In this document: positions 30,328 through 39,487 of the stretch, one piece after another | Layout of the letters: every line of letters starts with the position of its first letter | Numbering within the stretch: the stretch's first letter is position 1 | Program-made: the position numbers and the translations under genes | Notes under the pieces: model-generated | Seen by the model: only the letters and a program-made list of their open reading frames with translations | What the model was told of the DNA's origin: nothing | Databases searched by the model: none | DNA from: Negativicoccus succinicivorans | GTDB lineage: Bacteria > Bacillota > Negativicutes > Veillonellales > Negativicoccaceae | Length of the DNA stretch: 64,000 bases | NCBI RefSeq assembly: GCF_018372215.1 | Contig: NZ_JAHAJN010000001.1 | Location: 85,801 to 149,800 of the forward strand | Direction: 5' to 3'

Positions 30328-31346
30328 ATCATACCGTCCGTAACGGTATTTTATTATTTGCACTGATTGCAATTGTGACCTTTTGCACGGTGTACTTTAC
30401 TATCGACTTTACTACCTGGCACGCACTTACGTATTTTTCCTTTTCCAATATTTTACTGGCGCTTGGAATTTGGAGTGTCGGTATGTATTTTGACGGTCTG
30501 CGTTTGCAACGTCTTGTGGCAATGAACGGTTATAAAGTGCGTTTGATCGGCATTATGCAGGTGATTTTCGGTAACTACTTTATGGGATTGCTGACCCCCG
30601 GCGCTGCCGGTGGTGCTATTGCACAAGTACTGATTTTGCGAAGTATCGGCGTACCGGTGGCTAAAAGTAGTATGATCGTTATCATTCGCACCATTTTTTC
30701 GATTTTGTTTTTGGTGTTTGCGTTACCGTTTGTCTTTTTCTTTGATCATTTGGATATTCCGTATATCGGAAACAGCACTTTATTTTATATTGCGATAGCT
30801 TTTTTATTGGCTTGTTTGTTTGGGTTTTGGTTATTTTCCGGATCTTCTGGCAAAAAATGGACATTTGTTATGCTGCACACTTGCGGTTTTTCCAAGCAAC
30901 GTATTCGAAAACTTTTGCGTTTTCTGGATGATTTAACCGTTACTTTACAGATCATGAAAGATAGTCCATGGGATACGTTCCTTGTCTTTCTTTATTCCGG
31001 ACTTAGTTTGTGTTGTATTTACGGAATCTTACCGGCTTTGCTTTGGAAAAGTAATGCCGCAGTCAGCAACTTGTTCCTGTTAGGGCGTATGATCGTATTG
31101 AATTTTATGCTCTACTTCGCGCCGACACCTGGTGGCACCGGTATTGCTGAAGGATTTTTTGTACTTTTGTTTAAAGGATATGTGCCTCGGGGTACGGTAG
31201 GTTTACTTGCCGTCATGTGGCGTTTTATAGCGGAGTATATTCCGTTCTTTTTAGGCATGTATTTTATGTTAACTCTGTTCGGAAAAAAATATTTATTGGG
31301 GAAGACTCAAGATCCGGGACACTTACCCCAGCGGTTGGAGGAGTAA
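30324..31346 (+). CDS. Flippase-like domain membrane protein (UPF0104; like the MprF/LPG-synthase transmembrane region)
   Basis: 340 aa with about 8 predicted TM helices, Gly-rich TPGGTG / AAGGA loops typical of PF03706. Translationally coupled to the YdjC gene (ATGA overlap). Confidence 0.7.
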   Translation: MNHTVRNGILLFALIAIVTFCTVYFTIDFTTWHALTYFSFSNILLALGIWSVGMYFDGLRLQRLVAMNGYKVRLIGIMQVIFGNYFMGLLTPGAAGGAIAQVLILRSIGVPVAKSSMIVIIRTIFSILFLVFALPFVFFFDHLDIPYIGNSTLFYIAIAFLLACLFGFWLFSGSSGKKWTFVMLHTCGFSKQRIRKLLRFLDDLTVTLQIMKDSPWDTFLVFLYSGLSLCCIYGILPALLWKSNAAVSNLFLLGRMIVLNFMLYFAPTPGGTGIAEGFFVLLFKGYVPRGTVGLLAVMWRFIAEYIPFFLGMYFMLTLFGKKYLLGKTQDPGHLPQRLEE

Positions 31347-31352
31347 AACGCA

Positions 31353-31802
31353 GTGGATAACTCAAAAGATACCCAATTCTATTTAGTCGATGAACGTATA
31401 TTGCCGGAAGCTATCAAAAAAACGATCCAAGTAAAAAATCTTCTCAGCAACGGCGAAGCGAAAACGATTCATCAAGCTGTGCAAATGGCGGATTTAAGTC
31501 GCAGTGCGTACTATAAGTATAAAGATCGCGTGGAACCTTTTTATGAGGCGATTCAAGGACGAGTGTTCAGCGTTTCCATCATGATTTCGCATGAGGCGGG
31601 GGTCTTGTCTCGCGTATTACAATTGATCGCACGGGAAAACGGAAGTATTATCACCATTAATCAAGGAATTCCATTGCAGGATATCGCTAATGTAACGATG
31701 TCATTTGAAACTCGACATATGAAGATAAGCGTCGAGGATATTATCAAACGCATCGGCCGGATTAAGGGCGTTAAGGAAATAACTTTGATCGGACACGAAT
31801 AA
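31353..31802 (+). CDS. ACT domain-containing protein (UPF0735/PheB-like)
   Basis: 149 aa. C-terminal ACT fold (FSVSIMISHEAGVLSRVLQLIARENGSIITINQ). Immediately precedes hom. Confidence 0.7.
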   Translation: MDNSKDTQFYLVDERILPEAIKKTIQVKNLLSNGEAKTIHQAVQMADLSRSAYYKYKDRVEPFYEAIQGRVFSVSIMISHEAGVLSRVLQLIARENGSIITINQGIPLQDIANVTMSFETRHMKISVEDIIKRIGRIKGVKEITLIGHE

Positions 31803-31812
31803 GGAGGCAGCA

Positions 31813-33123
31813 ATGGAATCAATATATATTGGTCTGTTGGGACTGGGGACGGTTGGATCCGGCGTTTTAAATACCTTAGAAAAAAATCGTACGATCATTG
31901 AAGAGGATTTGGGTAGCCCGATTCGGATTAAACGCGCGCTTGTCAAAAACGTTAATGAATACGGGCACTTAAATATTCCTTCCGATTTGACCATTACCGA
32001 TGATATCAATGACATTTTGGATGATCCGGATATTTCGATTATGGTTGAAGTTATGGGAGGCATTCATCCGGCCAAAGAATTTATTTTGGAAGCTCTTCGG
32101 CGGGGTAAAAGCGTAGTTAGCGCCAATAAAGATCTGGTTTCGATGCACGGCCCTGAAATTGTCTCTGCGGCCGTTGAAAATGCTGCCGATTTTATGTGCG
32201 AAGCAAGTGTCGGCGGCGGTATTCCGATTTTACTGCCGTTGCAAAAATCTCTGAAAGCAAATCAAATTACAGAAATTGTCGGAATCATCAACGGAACTAC
32301 GAATTATATTCTTACGGAAATGACCGAAAAAAATATGTCGTACGGGGATGCGTTGGCGAATGCGCAAAAACTGGGATTTGCCGAAGCGGATCCGACGGCA
32401 GATGTCGGCGGGTTTGATGCCGCCCGCAAAATTGCTATTTTAAGCTCCATCGGTTTCCGAGCCAATGTGACCAGCGACGACGTTTCTGTTGAGGGAATTG
32501 AATCAATTGACAGTAAAGATATTCAGTTTGCCAAAGAATTCGGTTATGTCATCAAATTATTGGCTGTAGCCCGACAACAATCAGAGGGAGTTGCGGCAGC
32601 AGTATATCCTGCATTTGTACCACAAGATCATCCGCTGGCCGCGGTACGTGGTGCGTATAATGCTGTCTACATTGTAGGTAATGCGGTTGATGACATCATG
32701 TTTTACGGTAAAGGCGCCGGTTCATACCCGACGGCCAGTGCCGTATTGGGCGATGTGCTGGAAATTGCGGATCACTTGCACCATCATGCAACCGGAAAAA
32801 ATGCGTGGCTGAAAGAGAATAATCCGGCACATTTTATGGATCCCAACTTTTTACGGTCGTCGTACTATTTTCGTCTTATTGTTGACAATGCACCCGGCGT
32901 TCTGTCGGAGATTTCACAATGCTTTGCACAGGACGGCGTGAGCATAAAAACAATGTGGCAACGAGGAAATTTGGAAGAGACGGCGGAAATTGTAATGGTT
33001 GTTTACCCGGCAGGAGATACGGCGGTTAAAAACGTGCGGGCAAGGTTGCAAAATTTGAACTGCGTACGTGAAATCGCCAATGTTTTACGAGTGCTTGAGG
33101 AAAGCGGCAATGGCGACCGTTAA
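31813..33123 (+). CDS. hom: Homoserine dehydrogenase
   Basis: NAD-binding LGLGTVGSG, catalytic domain, C-terminal ACT domain. 436 aa. Confidence 0.92.
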   Translation: MESIYIGLLGLGTVGSGVLNTLEKNRTIIEEDLGSPIRIKRALVKNVNEYGHLNIPSDLTITDDINDILDDPDISIMVEVMGGIHPAKEFILEALRRGKSVVSANKDLVSMHGPEIVSAAVENAADFMCEASVGGGIPILLPLQKSLKANQITEIVGIINGTTNYILTEMTEKNMSYGDALANAQKLGFAEADPTADVGGFDAARKIAILSSIGFRANVTSDDVSVEGIESIDSKDIQFAKEFGYVIKLLAVARQQSEGVAAAVYPAFVPQDHPLAAVRGAYNAVYIVGNAVDDIMFYGKGAGSYPTASAVLGDVLEIADHLHHHATGKNAWLKENNPAHFMDPNFLRSSYYFRLIVDNAPGVLSEISQCFAQDGVSIKTMWQRGNLEETAEIVMVVYPAGDTAVKNVRARLQNLNCVREIANVLRVLEESGNGDR

Positions 33124-34033
33124 GATTCGTGTACCGGCGACGACGGCAAATCTCGGGTGTGGTTTCGATGTCTTCGGAATGGCGTTGGACTTATATAATG
33201 AAGTCACCTTTATTCCCGGCGGGGGGGCTCTTACCGGTGAAATACATGGGGAAGGAGCGGATACGCTCGTATTTAACGAGCAGAACCTTTTCTATAAGAG
33301 CATGAAGTTTTTCGCTACCCATTACGGAGTTGATTTACCCCACGGACATCTGGTGATGGAACATCGTATTCCCATGGCAAGAGGCTTGGGGAGTTCTTCG
33401 GCGGCGGTAGTAGGCGGAGTGTTTTTAGCCAATCAAATTACCGGCCTGCAGCGTTCGAAAGAAGAACTTTTGCCTCTGGTGGTGGCATTGGAAGGCCATC
33501 CTGATAATGTTACGCCTTGTCTCTTGGGGGGCTTTTGTTCAGCACATCATATTGATGATGATTGGCAGATTTCCCAATGCTCTGTGCCGTCCGACTGGCG
33601 TTTTGTAGTCGTATCGCCTCGCTCGGAAGTATCGACGCAAAAGGCGCGGGCGATTATGCCACAGACGGTTTCGTTGCAAGATGCGATTCAAACCATTTCC
33701 GGAGCGGCCGCGTTGATCGGTGCATTGGTGAACCGACGCCCTCAACTTTTACAAACGGCATTTGCCGATCGTTTGCACGTGCCGTACCGACTGACATTAA
33801 TCCCACATGGCAGAGAAGTATTGGAGGCCGCTTTGCAAGCGGGTGCGTACGCATCGACTATCAGCGGTTCGGGCAGCACCTTATTGGCAGTTAGTGATGA
33901 GAATCATGCCACTGCTGTAGGGAAAGCCATGAAAATGGAATTTGGTGAAGAGGAAGCGGCGCAAGTGCATATTGTCACGGTTTGTGCCGACGGTGTAGCG
34001 CTGATTCCCCTTGACAAAGAGACGCAAAATTAA
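33110..34033 (+). CDS. thrB: Homoserine kinase
   Basis: MATVKIRVPATTANLGCGFD, GHMP kinase motif GLGSSSAAVVGG. Start ATG 33110 overlaps the hom 3' end. Confidence 0.9.
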   Translation: MATVKIRVPATTANLGCGFDVFGMALDLYNEVTFIPGGGALTGEIHGEGADTLVFNEQNLFYKSMKFFATHYGVDLPHGHLVMEHRIPMARGLGSSSAAVVGGVFLANQITGLQRSKEELLPLVVALEGHPDNVTPCLLGGFCSAHHIDDDWQISQCSVPSDWRFVVVSPRSEVSTQKARAIMPQTVSLQDAIQTISGAAALIGALVNRRPQLLQTAFADRLHVPYRLTLIPHGREVLEAALQAGAYASTISGSGSTLLAVSDENHATAVGKAMKMEFGEEEAAQVHIVTVCADGVALIPLDKETQN

Positions 34034-34051
34034 TATTCTATAATAAGATGT

Positions 34052-34128
34052 CGGGACGTAGCTCAGTTTGGTAGAGCGCTACCTTGGGGTGGTAGAGGTC
34101 GCATGTTCAAATCATGTCGTTCCGACCA
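34052..34128 (+). tRNA. tRNA-Pro (anticodon GGG), 77 nt, 3' CCA encoded
   Basis: Manual fold: acceptor stem cgggacg/cgttccg, D-arm gctc-agtttggta-gagc, anticodon stem ctacc/ggtag with loop ttGGGgt, T-arm gcatg-ttcaaat-catgt, discriminator A, then CCA. Confidence 0.8.
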
Positions 34129-34177
34129 CCTTAACTGGTCCCCTCCTTGTCAGAGGTACCGTGTCAAGGATACATCA

Positions 34178-34218
34178 GCCAAAGAGGACGGGCTAAGGTC
34201 TCTTTGGCTTTTATTTTT
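34178..34218 (+). terminator. Rho-independent terminator downstream of the tRNA (gccaaagag...ctctttggc followed by ttttattttt)
   Basis: 9-bp stem with a 13-nt loop and a T-run. Confidence 0.55.
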
Positions 34219-34239
34219 AACAAAAGGAGAGCGATGTAA

Positions 34240-34644
34240 ATGGAAAAAACATTAGTATTAGTTAAGCCGGACGGAGTTCAGAAAAAAATCTGCGGCGAAG
34301 TTATCTCGCGTTTTGAACGCAAAGGGCTTTCGATCGATGCCATTCGCATGGAACAGATCTCGCCGGAATTAGCGAAGAAGCATTACGCTGTACACGAGGG
34401 CAAACCGTTTTTTGACGGTTTGATTCAATTTATTACTTCGGGTCCGTTGCTGGCGATGGTAATCAGCGGTGAAAATGCCATTGCAGCCGTGCGCCAAATT
34501 AACGGTGCAACGAATCCGATCGAAGCGGTACCGGGCTCGATTCGTGGCGATTTTGCGACATCGATTGATGAAAACATTGTGCATGCATCGGATGCTCCGG
34601 AAACGGCAGCACAGGAAATCGCACTCTGGTTCCCGGAACTGTAA
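34240..34644 (+). CDS. ndk: Nucleoside diphosphate kinase
   Basis: TLVLVKPDGVQ...NIVHASD with the active-site His. 134 aa. Confidence 0.95.
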   Translation: MEKTLVLVKPDGVQKKICGEVISRFERKGLSIDAIRMEQISPELAKKHYAVHEGKPFFDGLIQFITSGPLLAMVISGENAIAAVRQINGATNPIEAVPGSIRGDFATSIDENIVHASDAPETAAQEIALWFPEL

Positions 34645-34653
34645 GGAGACTAT

Positions 34654-35163
34654 ATGTCTAAGGTATACACAAAAACGGGTGATAATGGGACGACGGCGTT
34701 ATATACAGGACAACGCCTTCCCAAATACAGCACTCGTGTCGAAACGTACGGGATTATCGATGAAGCACAGGCTGTTTTAGGCATGGCTCGCGCAGCGGCC
34801 CACCTACAAGAAGTCAAAGATGATATTTACGCCCTGCAAAAAGATCTGTGGATACTGATGGCAGATACGGCCAGCCTTGGTAAAGATCCGGACATTACTG
34901 ATGAACGGGTCGAAGAATTGGAACAAATGATTGATAAGTACGATGCACGTCTGGAGCCGCTTACTAAATTTTTAGTTCCCGGTGAAACCGCGGCTGAAGC
35001 ATTTCTGAATGTTGCCAGAACAGTAGTGCGTCGTGCGGAGCGCTCTTACTGGAAATTGCATGCAGAAGAAGGCGAAGAGGTTAACGAAGTCGATATTCGC
35101 TATTTAAATCGTCTTTCCGATGTATGCTATATTTTAGGACGTGCAGAGTCAGAATTGAAATAA
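34654..35163 (+). CDS. pduO: PduO-type ATP:cob(I)alamin adenosyltransferase
   Basis: TKTGDNGTT signature at the N-terminus. About 170 aa. Confidence 0.85.
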   Translation: MSKVYTKTGDNGTTALYTGQRLPKYSTRVETYGIIDEAQAVLGMARAAAHLQEVKDDIYALQKDLWILMADTASLGKDPDITDERVEELEQMIDKYDARLEPLTKFLVPGETAAEAFLNVARTVVRRAERSYWKLHAEEGEEVNEVDIRYLNRLSDVCYILGRAESELK

Positions 35164-35197
35164 AAACAACTCCCACAGGGAGTTGTTTTTTATTTTA
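35164..35197. terminator. Bidirectional rho-independent terminator (acaactccc aca gggagttgt, A-run before and T-run after)
   Basis: Perfect 9-bp stem between convergent genes. Confidence 0.65.
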
Positions 35198-35572
35198 TTT
35201 GTCATTTGCCGGTTTACCGTTTTCCTGTTCTTCCTGTTCTTTAAGTAAAGTTTCGGCCGGACTCGGATAGAAGAACAGGCAGTGTGTCGGTTGAAACTCT
35301 TCACTCGCCGATTTTTCCATAATGAAACGCGTAATTTGTTCTTCAAACGCTATAATATCTTGCGGTTTTATCACAGTATCTTCTACCAATACTGTGATAT
35401 AATCTTTGACTTCCGGAGCGTTTTCGGGAACTTCTGCACGATCCAAAGGGATGCCCAGAATGATTCGGATAGTTGCGGCATACGCATCGCTCGCATCAAA
35501 AATAGTAGCGCGATACGTATGTTGCCATAGAGTGCGCATTAAATCTACGCGATAGGTCTTCTTGTCTGCCAT
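35195..35572 (-). CDS. Hypothetical protein (125 aa, acidic C-terminus, no domain I recognise)
   Basis: Good RBS (GAGGTGcaataaATG). Non-repetitive, protein-like composition. Flanked by terminators. Confidence 0.5.
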   Translation of the reverse strand: MADKKTYRVDLMRTLWQHTYRATIFDASDAYAATIRIILGIPLDRAEVPENAPEVKDYITVLVEDTVIKPQDIIAFEEQITRFIMEKSASEEFQPTHCLFFYPSPAETLLKEQEEQENGKPANDK

Positions 35573-35661
35573 TTATTGCACCTCATTGATTTATTTCTAT
35601 TATTATAGCTGATTTTACTTAAGATCGCCATTAAGGAGGAAGAGGAGTGGGATCCATTACG

Positions 35662-36222
35662 ATGATATTAGGCGGTGCCCGTAGCGGTAAAAGTGCTTAT
35701 GCCGAAATGATTTTAGAGCAACATTCGGCGGTGAGCAAGGGCTACATAGCAACCGCCCGCGTTTGGGATGAAGAAATGGCGTTGCGGGTACGTTGGCACC
35801 AGGAACGTCGACCCGATGCGTGGCAAACGTTTATGTATGACCCTCCTAAGTCGAAATCTTTAGGAGAGATCCTACAAGTTTGCGAAGTCTATCTGTTTGA
35901 CTGTGTTACAATGTATGTAAATAATTTATTAATGGACCGTTTAACGGAAGAGGAGCTTACTCCCGGCAACAACATTTCAAAAGAACGCTTACAGATCGTC
36001 ACGGAAGCAGTTGAGATGGAGATTCAAAAACTTATCGACACGATTGTTTCCAGTGACAAAGACTTTATTTTTGTTTCCGATGAATTGGGTCTGGGAATCG
36101 TGCCGGATAATCCGTTAAGCAGGGTCTATCGAGATTTAGTCGGTTTGGCCAATCAGCGTTTAACTGCGCAAGCACAACGGGTTGAATTTGTGCTTTGCGG
36201 GATTCCGAAACGGATCAAATAA
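35662..36222 (+). CDS. cobU: Adenosylcobinamide kinase / adenosylcobinamide-phosphate guanylyltransferase
   Basis: P-loop ILGGARSGKS. About 185 aa. The upstream in-frame GTG 35647 is an alternative start. Confidence 0.85.
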   Translation: MILGGARSGKSAYAEMILEQHSAVSKGYIATARVWDEEMALRVRWHQERRPDAWQTFMYDPPKSKSLGEILQVCEVYLFDCVTMYVNNLLMDRLTEEELTPGNNISKERLQIVTEAVEMEIQKLIDTIVSSDKDFIFVSDELGLGIVPDNPLSRVYRDLVGLANQRLTAQAQRVEFVLCGIPKRIK

Positions 36223-36231
36223 GGAGGACGC

Positions 36232-37776
36232 ATGGCAAAAACAATTATGTTTCAAGGCACCAGCTCGCATGTGGGTAAAAGCATTTTAACGACAGCGTTG
36301 TGCCGTATTTTATTGCAAGATGGATATAGTGTGACACCATTTAAAGCACAGAATATGGCTTTGAATTCTTACGTTACGAAGGCCGGTGATGAGATCGGCC
36401 GCGCGCAAGTCGCACAAGCGGAAGCGGCGGGGATGGATCCCATCGTGCAAATGAATCCCGTGCTCTTAAAGCCATCCGGAAATCAGACATCTCAAGTTGT
36501 CTTAATGGGGAAACCGGTTGGAGTTTACAGTGCGCGTGAATACCATGAACACTATAGTCTGACTGCGTGGGATAAAGTCAAAGAAAGTGTGGATTATCTG
36601 CGGAACCATTTTGATGTAGTGGTGATTGAAGGCGCGGGAAGTCCCGCTGAGGTGAACCTCAAAGCGACAGATATTGTCAATATGCGTGTAGCGCTGGAAT
36701 TGAATGCGCCGGTTGTTCTTGTCGCCGATATTGATCGTGGTGGCGCGCTGGCTGCTGTGGTAGGTACTTTGGAATTACTGTCTTCGGAAGAACGTGCCCA
36801 TGTAAAAGGAATTGTTATTAATAAGTTCCGTGGTGATATTAAGTTATTGGAACCTGCCATCGATTTTTTGGAAGAGAAAACCAAAATTCCCGTGCTTGGA
36901 GTGGTGCCTTATCTGCAAGATTTGGGGATTGATAACGAAGATTCCGTATCCTTGGCAGACAAAAAGCTTTCAGCACAGGCAAAAGAACTTGAAATCGCAG
37001 TTTTACAAACACCGAAAATTTCCAATTTTACGGACTTTGACGTATTCAGTCATGAACCCGATGTAGAAGTGCGTTACGTTCGTCGCGGTGACAGTATCGG
37101 GCATCCGGATGTGATTATTTTACCGGGCAGCAAAAATACGACAGAAGATCTTTTGTATCTGCAACAGTTTGGTTATGTAGATGAAATTCGTCGTCTTGCT
37201 AAAGAAGGTACACCTGTCATAGGAATTTGTGGCGGTTACCAAATGTTGGGCGAAGAGATTACGGATCCGCAACACGTCGAAAGCAAATACGACCGCATCG
37301 ATGGCATCGGACTTTTACCGCTTTCCACAGAGATGGCAGGAACTAAAACTACCAATCAGGTCAAATTCTCCTGTCGCGATTTTTCTTTTTTAGATTTACA
37401 TGCGAATTGGGATGACCTTGCGGGCTACGAAATCCACATGGGAAAAAGCGTTTTTACCCATCATGACACGGCTGCTTTTCACATTACTGAACGCAGCTTG
37501 CATGAAGTTGATATCCAGGACGGCTTAGTAACCGCAGACGGTAATTGTTTCGGAACCTACATTCATGGCATTTTTGATAATGATGAATTGCGCCGAGGCA
37601 TTTTGAACGCGTTACGAAAGAAAAAAGGTTTAGCGTCACTTCCGGTGCAATTTCGTTTACAGGAATATAAAGAATCCGAATATGACCGCTTAGCCGCTAC
37701 GGTTCGCGAAGCATTGAATATGGATTTGGTGTATGAATTGCTGGAATTTGCACCGACGAAAAATGTCATAAAATGA
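36232..37776 (+). CDS. cobQ: Cobyric acid synthase
   Basis: MFQGTSSHVGKS ATPase N-terminus plus a glutamine amidotransferase C-terminus. 514 aa. Confidence 0.9.
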   Translation: MAKTIMFQGTSSHVGKSILTTALCRILLQDGYSVTPFKAQNMALNSYVTKAGDEIGRAQVAQAEAAGMDPIVQMNPVLLKPSGNQTSQVVLMGKPVGVYSAREYHEHYSLTAWDKVKESVDYLRNHFDVVVIEGAGSPAEVNLKATDIVNMRVALELNAPVVLVADIDRGGALAAVVGTLELLSSEERAHVKGIVINKFRGDIKLLEPAIDFLEEKTKIPVLGVVPYLQDLGIDNEDSVSLADKKLSAQAKELEIAVLQTPKISNFTDFDVFSHEPDVEVRYVRRGDSIGHPDVIILPGSKNTTEDLLYLQQFGYVDEIRRLAKEGTPVIGICGGYQMLGEEITDPQHVESKYDRIDGIGLLPLSTEMAGTKTTNQVKFSCRDFSFLDLHANWDDLAGYEIHMGKSVFTHHDTAAFHITERSLHEVDIQDGLVTADGNCFGTYIHGIFDNDELRRGILNALRKKKGLASLPVQFRLQEYKESEYDRLAATVREALNMDLVYELLEFAPTKNVIK

Positions 37777-38738
37777 CAGCCTATTTATATTGTGCAGTGC
37801 CATTTCTGGCTCTGTTAGCGGATACTTTAATCGGTGATCCTCGCAGTCGCTTTCATCCGGTTGTTTTGATCGGCAAAGCGATAAGTTTTTGGGAGTCTGT
37901 TTTTTTTCGCCCCCGAGTCGGTGTAAAAAAAACAATTTATGACGGCGTATTTTTGGTCATCGCCGTTTTATTGAGTGTGGCCTTACCGGTGTATATTGTT
38001 CTGCTTATTTTGGCGGAAATTCATTATACAGCATACATTAGTGGTTGTATTTTCATCCTTTATATCACGATCACACCACAGGCTTTAGCTCGTGATGCAA
38101 AAAAAATTTATCGTTGCCTTGCCGATAAAAATCTTCCAGAAGCACGTCGTCAATTAAGTTGGATAGTGGGGCGTGATACGGCACATCTTGGAGAAAGTGA
38201 AATTGCCCGCGCTACGATTGAAACCGTAGCAGAAAATATTGTCGATGGGATCATTTCACCGTTGTTTTATTTTTGGTTGCTGGGACCGTTGGGGGCTGCT
38301 CTATATCGTGCGATCAATACCATGGATTCGATGGTGGGATATAAGAATGAGCGGTATCTGTATTTCGGTCGCGCGGCTGCAAAGCTGGATGATGTGGTCA
38401 ACTGGGTGCCGGCTCGTTTGACGGCAGGATTATTGTTGGTGAGCAGTGCCGCACTGGGATTTTCAGCTCGGCAGGCATGGTTGATGATGCGTCGCGATGC
38501 GCATACACATCCCAGTCCGAATGGCGGTTACAGTGAAGCCACTGTTGCGGGCGCACTGGGGATTCGTCTGGGAGGCTATAATCAATACCAGGGGAAAACG
38601 GAATTTCGGAGTTACATGGGCGATCCACATGAGAAAATTCAGCGCTTTCATATTCGTAAGACAGTGCAGTTAATGTACACCAGTACTTTTCTCGGGACGC
38701 TTTGTATCACGTTGCTATTACTGCTGGGTGAATTATGA
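37773..38738 (+). CDS. cbiB: Adenosylcobinamide-phosphate synthase CbiB/CobD
   Basis: Membrane protein with GDPRSRFHPV near the N-terminus. Confidence 0.9.
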   Translation: MTAYLYCAVPFLALLADTLIGDPRSRFHPVVLIGKAISFWESVFFRPRVGVKKTIYDGVFLVIAVLLSVALPVYIVLLILAEIHYTAYISGCIFILYITITPQALARDAKKIYRCLADKNLPEARRQLSWIVGRDTAHLGESEIARATIETVAENIVDGIISPLFYFWLLGPLGAALYRAINTMDSMVGYKNERYLYFGRAAAKLDDVVNWVPARLTAGLLLVSSAALGFSARQAWLMMRRDAHTHPSPNGGYSEATVAGALGIRLGGYNQYQGKTEFRSYMGDPHEKIQRFHIRKTVQLMYTSTFLGTLCITLLLLLGEL

Positions 38739-39487
38739 AACCTTTTTTAATCGGATTACAATTTTTAACACGTTTTAAAATCGTTCGTCAGGAAGTGTGG
38801 CCGGATGATCAATTCGGTGCTTCCGTTGCATATTTCCCCTTAGTCGGTTTGGTCATCGGAATTTTTCTTGCGCTGCTGTATTGGCTCACCGCAAGTTGGA
38901 TAGATTCGTTTTTAATGGCGGTACTGCTTGTCTTAGCCGAAATGATTATTACCGGCGGCTTACACGCAGACGGATTTATGGACACGTGTGACGGCTATTT
39001 CTCGGGTCGCAACCGGGAACGGATGCTGGAGATAATGAAAGACAGCCGCGTCGGCTCGGAGGGTATTGTCGGATTTGTTTTTTTGGTGTTGTTAAAAATC
39101 GGTTTGTATATGAATATCTCCGGACCGCTTTGGCCGTTACTTATCATCATGCCGCTGATCAGTCGCTGGCTGATGAGCTGGACTATTGTACGTTTTCCTT
39201 ACGCACGGACACAAGGAATGGGGAAGGCGTTTGCGGACAATGCTCCTGCATACACATTACAGGTAGCTACCGCTTGCCTTTTATTGGCGATCCCGGTGGG
39301 AGGACTTAAAAGCATTTTACCGATGCTTTTTGCCTTTGGTTGGATGCAATGGGCGAATATTCATTTCGTCAAAAAGTTAGGTGGCGTTACCGGTGATACT
39401 TACGGTGCCATTACAGAGACATCTGAAATTGTTATTTTATTGACTTGGCTATTGCAGGAACGGATCGGTGTATGGAATTTGTTGTAA
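38735..39487 (+). CDS. cobS: Adenosylcobinamide-GDP ribazoletransferase (cobalamin synthase)
   Basis: Polytopic membrane protein of 250 aa, CobS family. Confidence 0.9.
   Translation: MKPFLIGLQFLTRFKIVRQEVWPDDQFGASVAYFPLVGLVIGIFLALLYWLTASWIDSFLMAVLLVLAEMIITGGLHADGFMDTCDGYFSGRNRERMLEIMKDSRVGSEGIVGFVFLVLLKIGLYMNISGPLWPLLIIMPLISRWLMSWTIVRFPYARTQGMGKAFADNAPAYTLQVATACLLLAIPVGGLKSILPMLFAFGWMQWANIHFVKKLGGVTGDTYGAITETSEIVILLTWLLQERIGVWNLL

Noticed and set aside
34131-34177. Possible regulatory structure between the tRNA-Pro and the terminator (cctccttgtcagagg short inverted repeat)
   Set aside because: It is short, imperfect and sits inside tRNA 3' trailer sequence. Most likely it is part of tRNA processing or terminator context and not a discrete element.
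35164-35661. Expected cobalamin riboswitch upstream of cobU
   Set aside because: The B12-box core (GCCACTG and its reverse complement) is absent on both strands. The intergenic space is about 75 nt and the rest is a well-formed protein ORF with an RBS.
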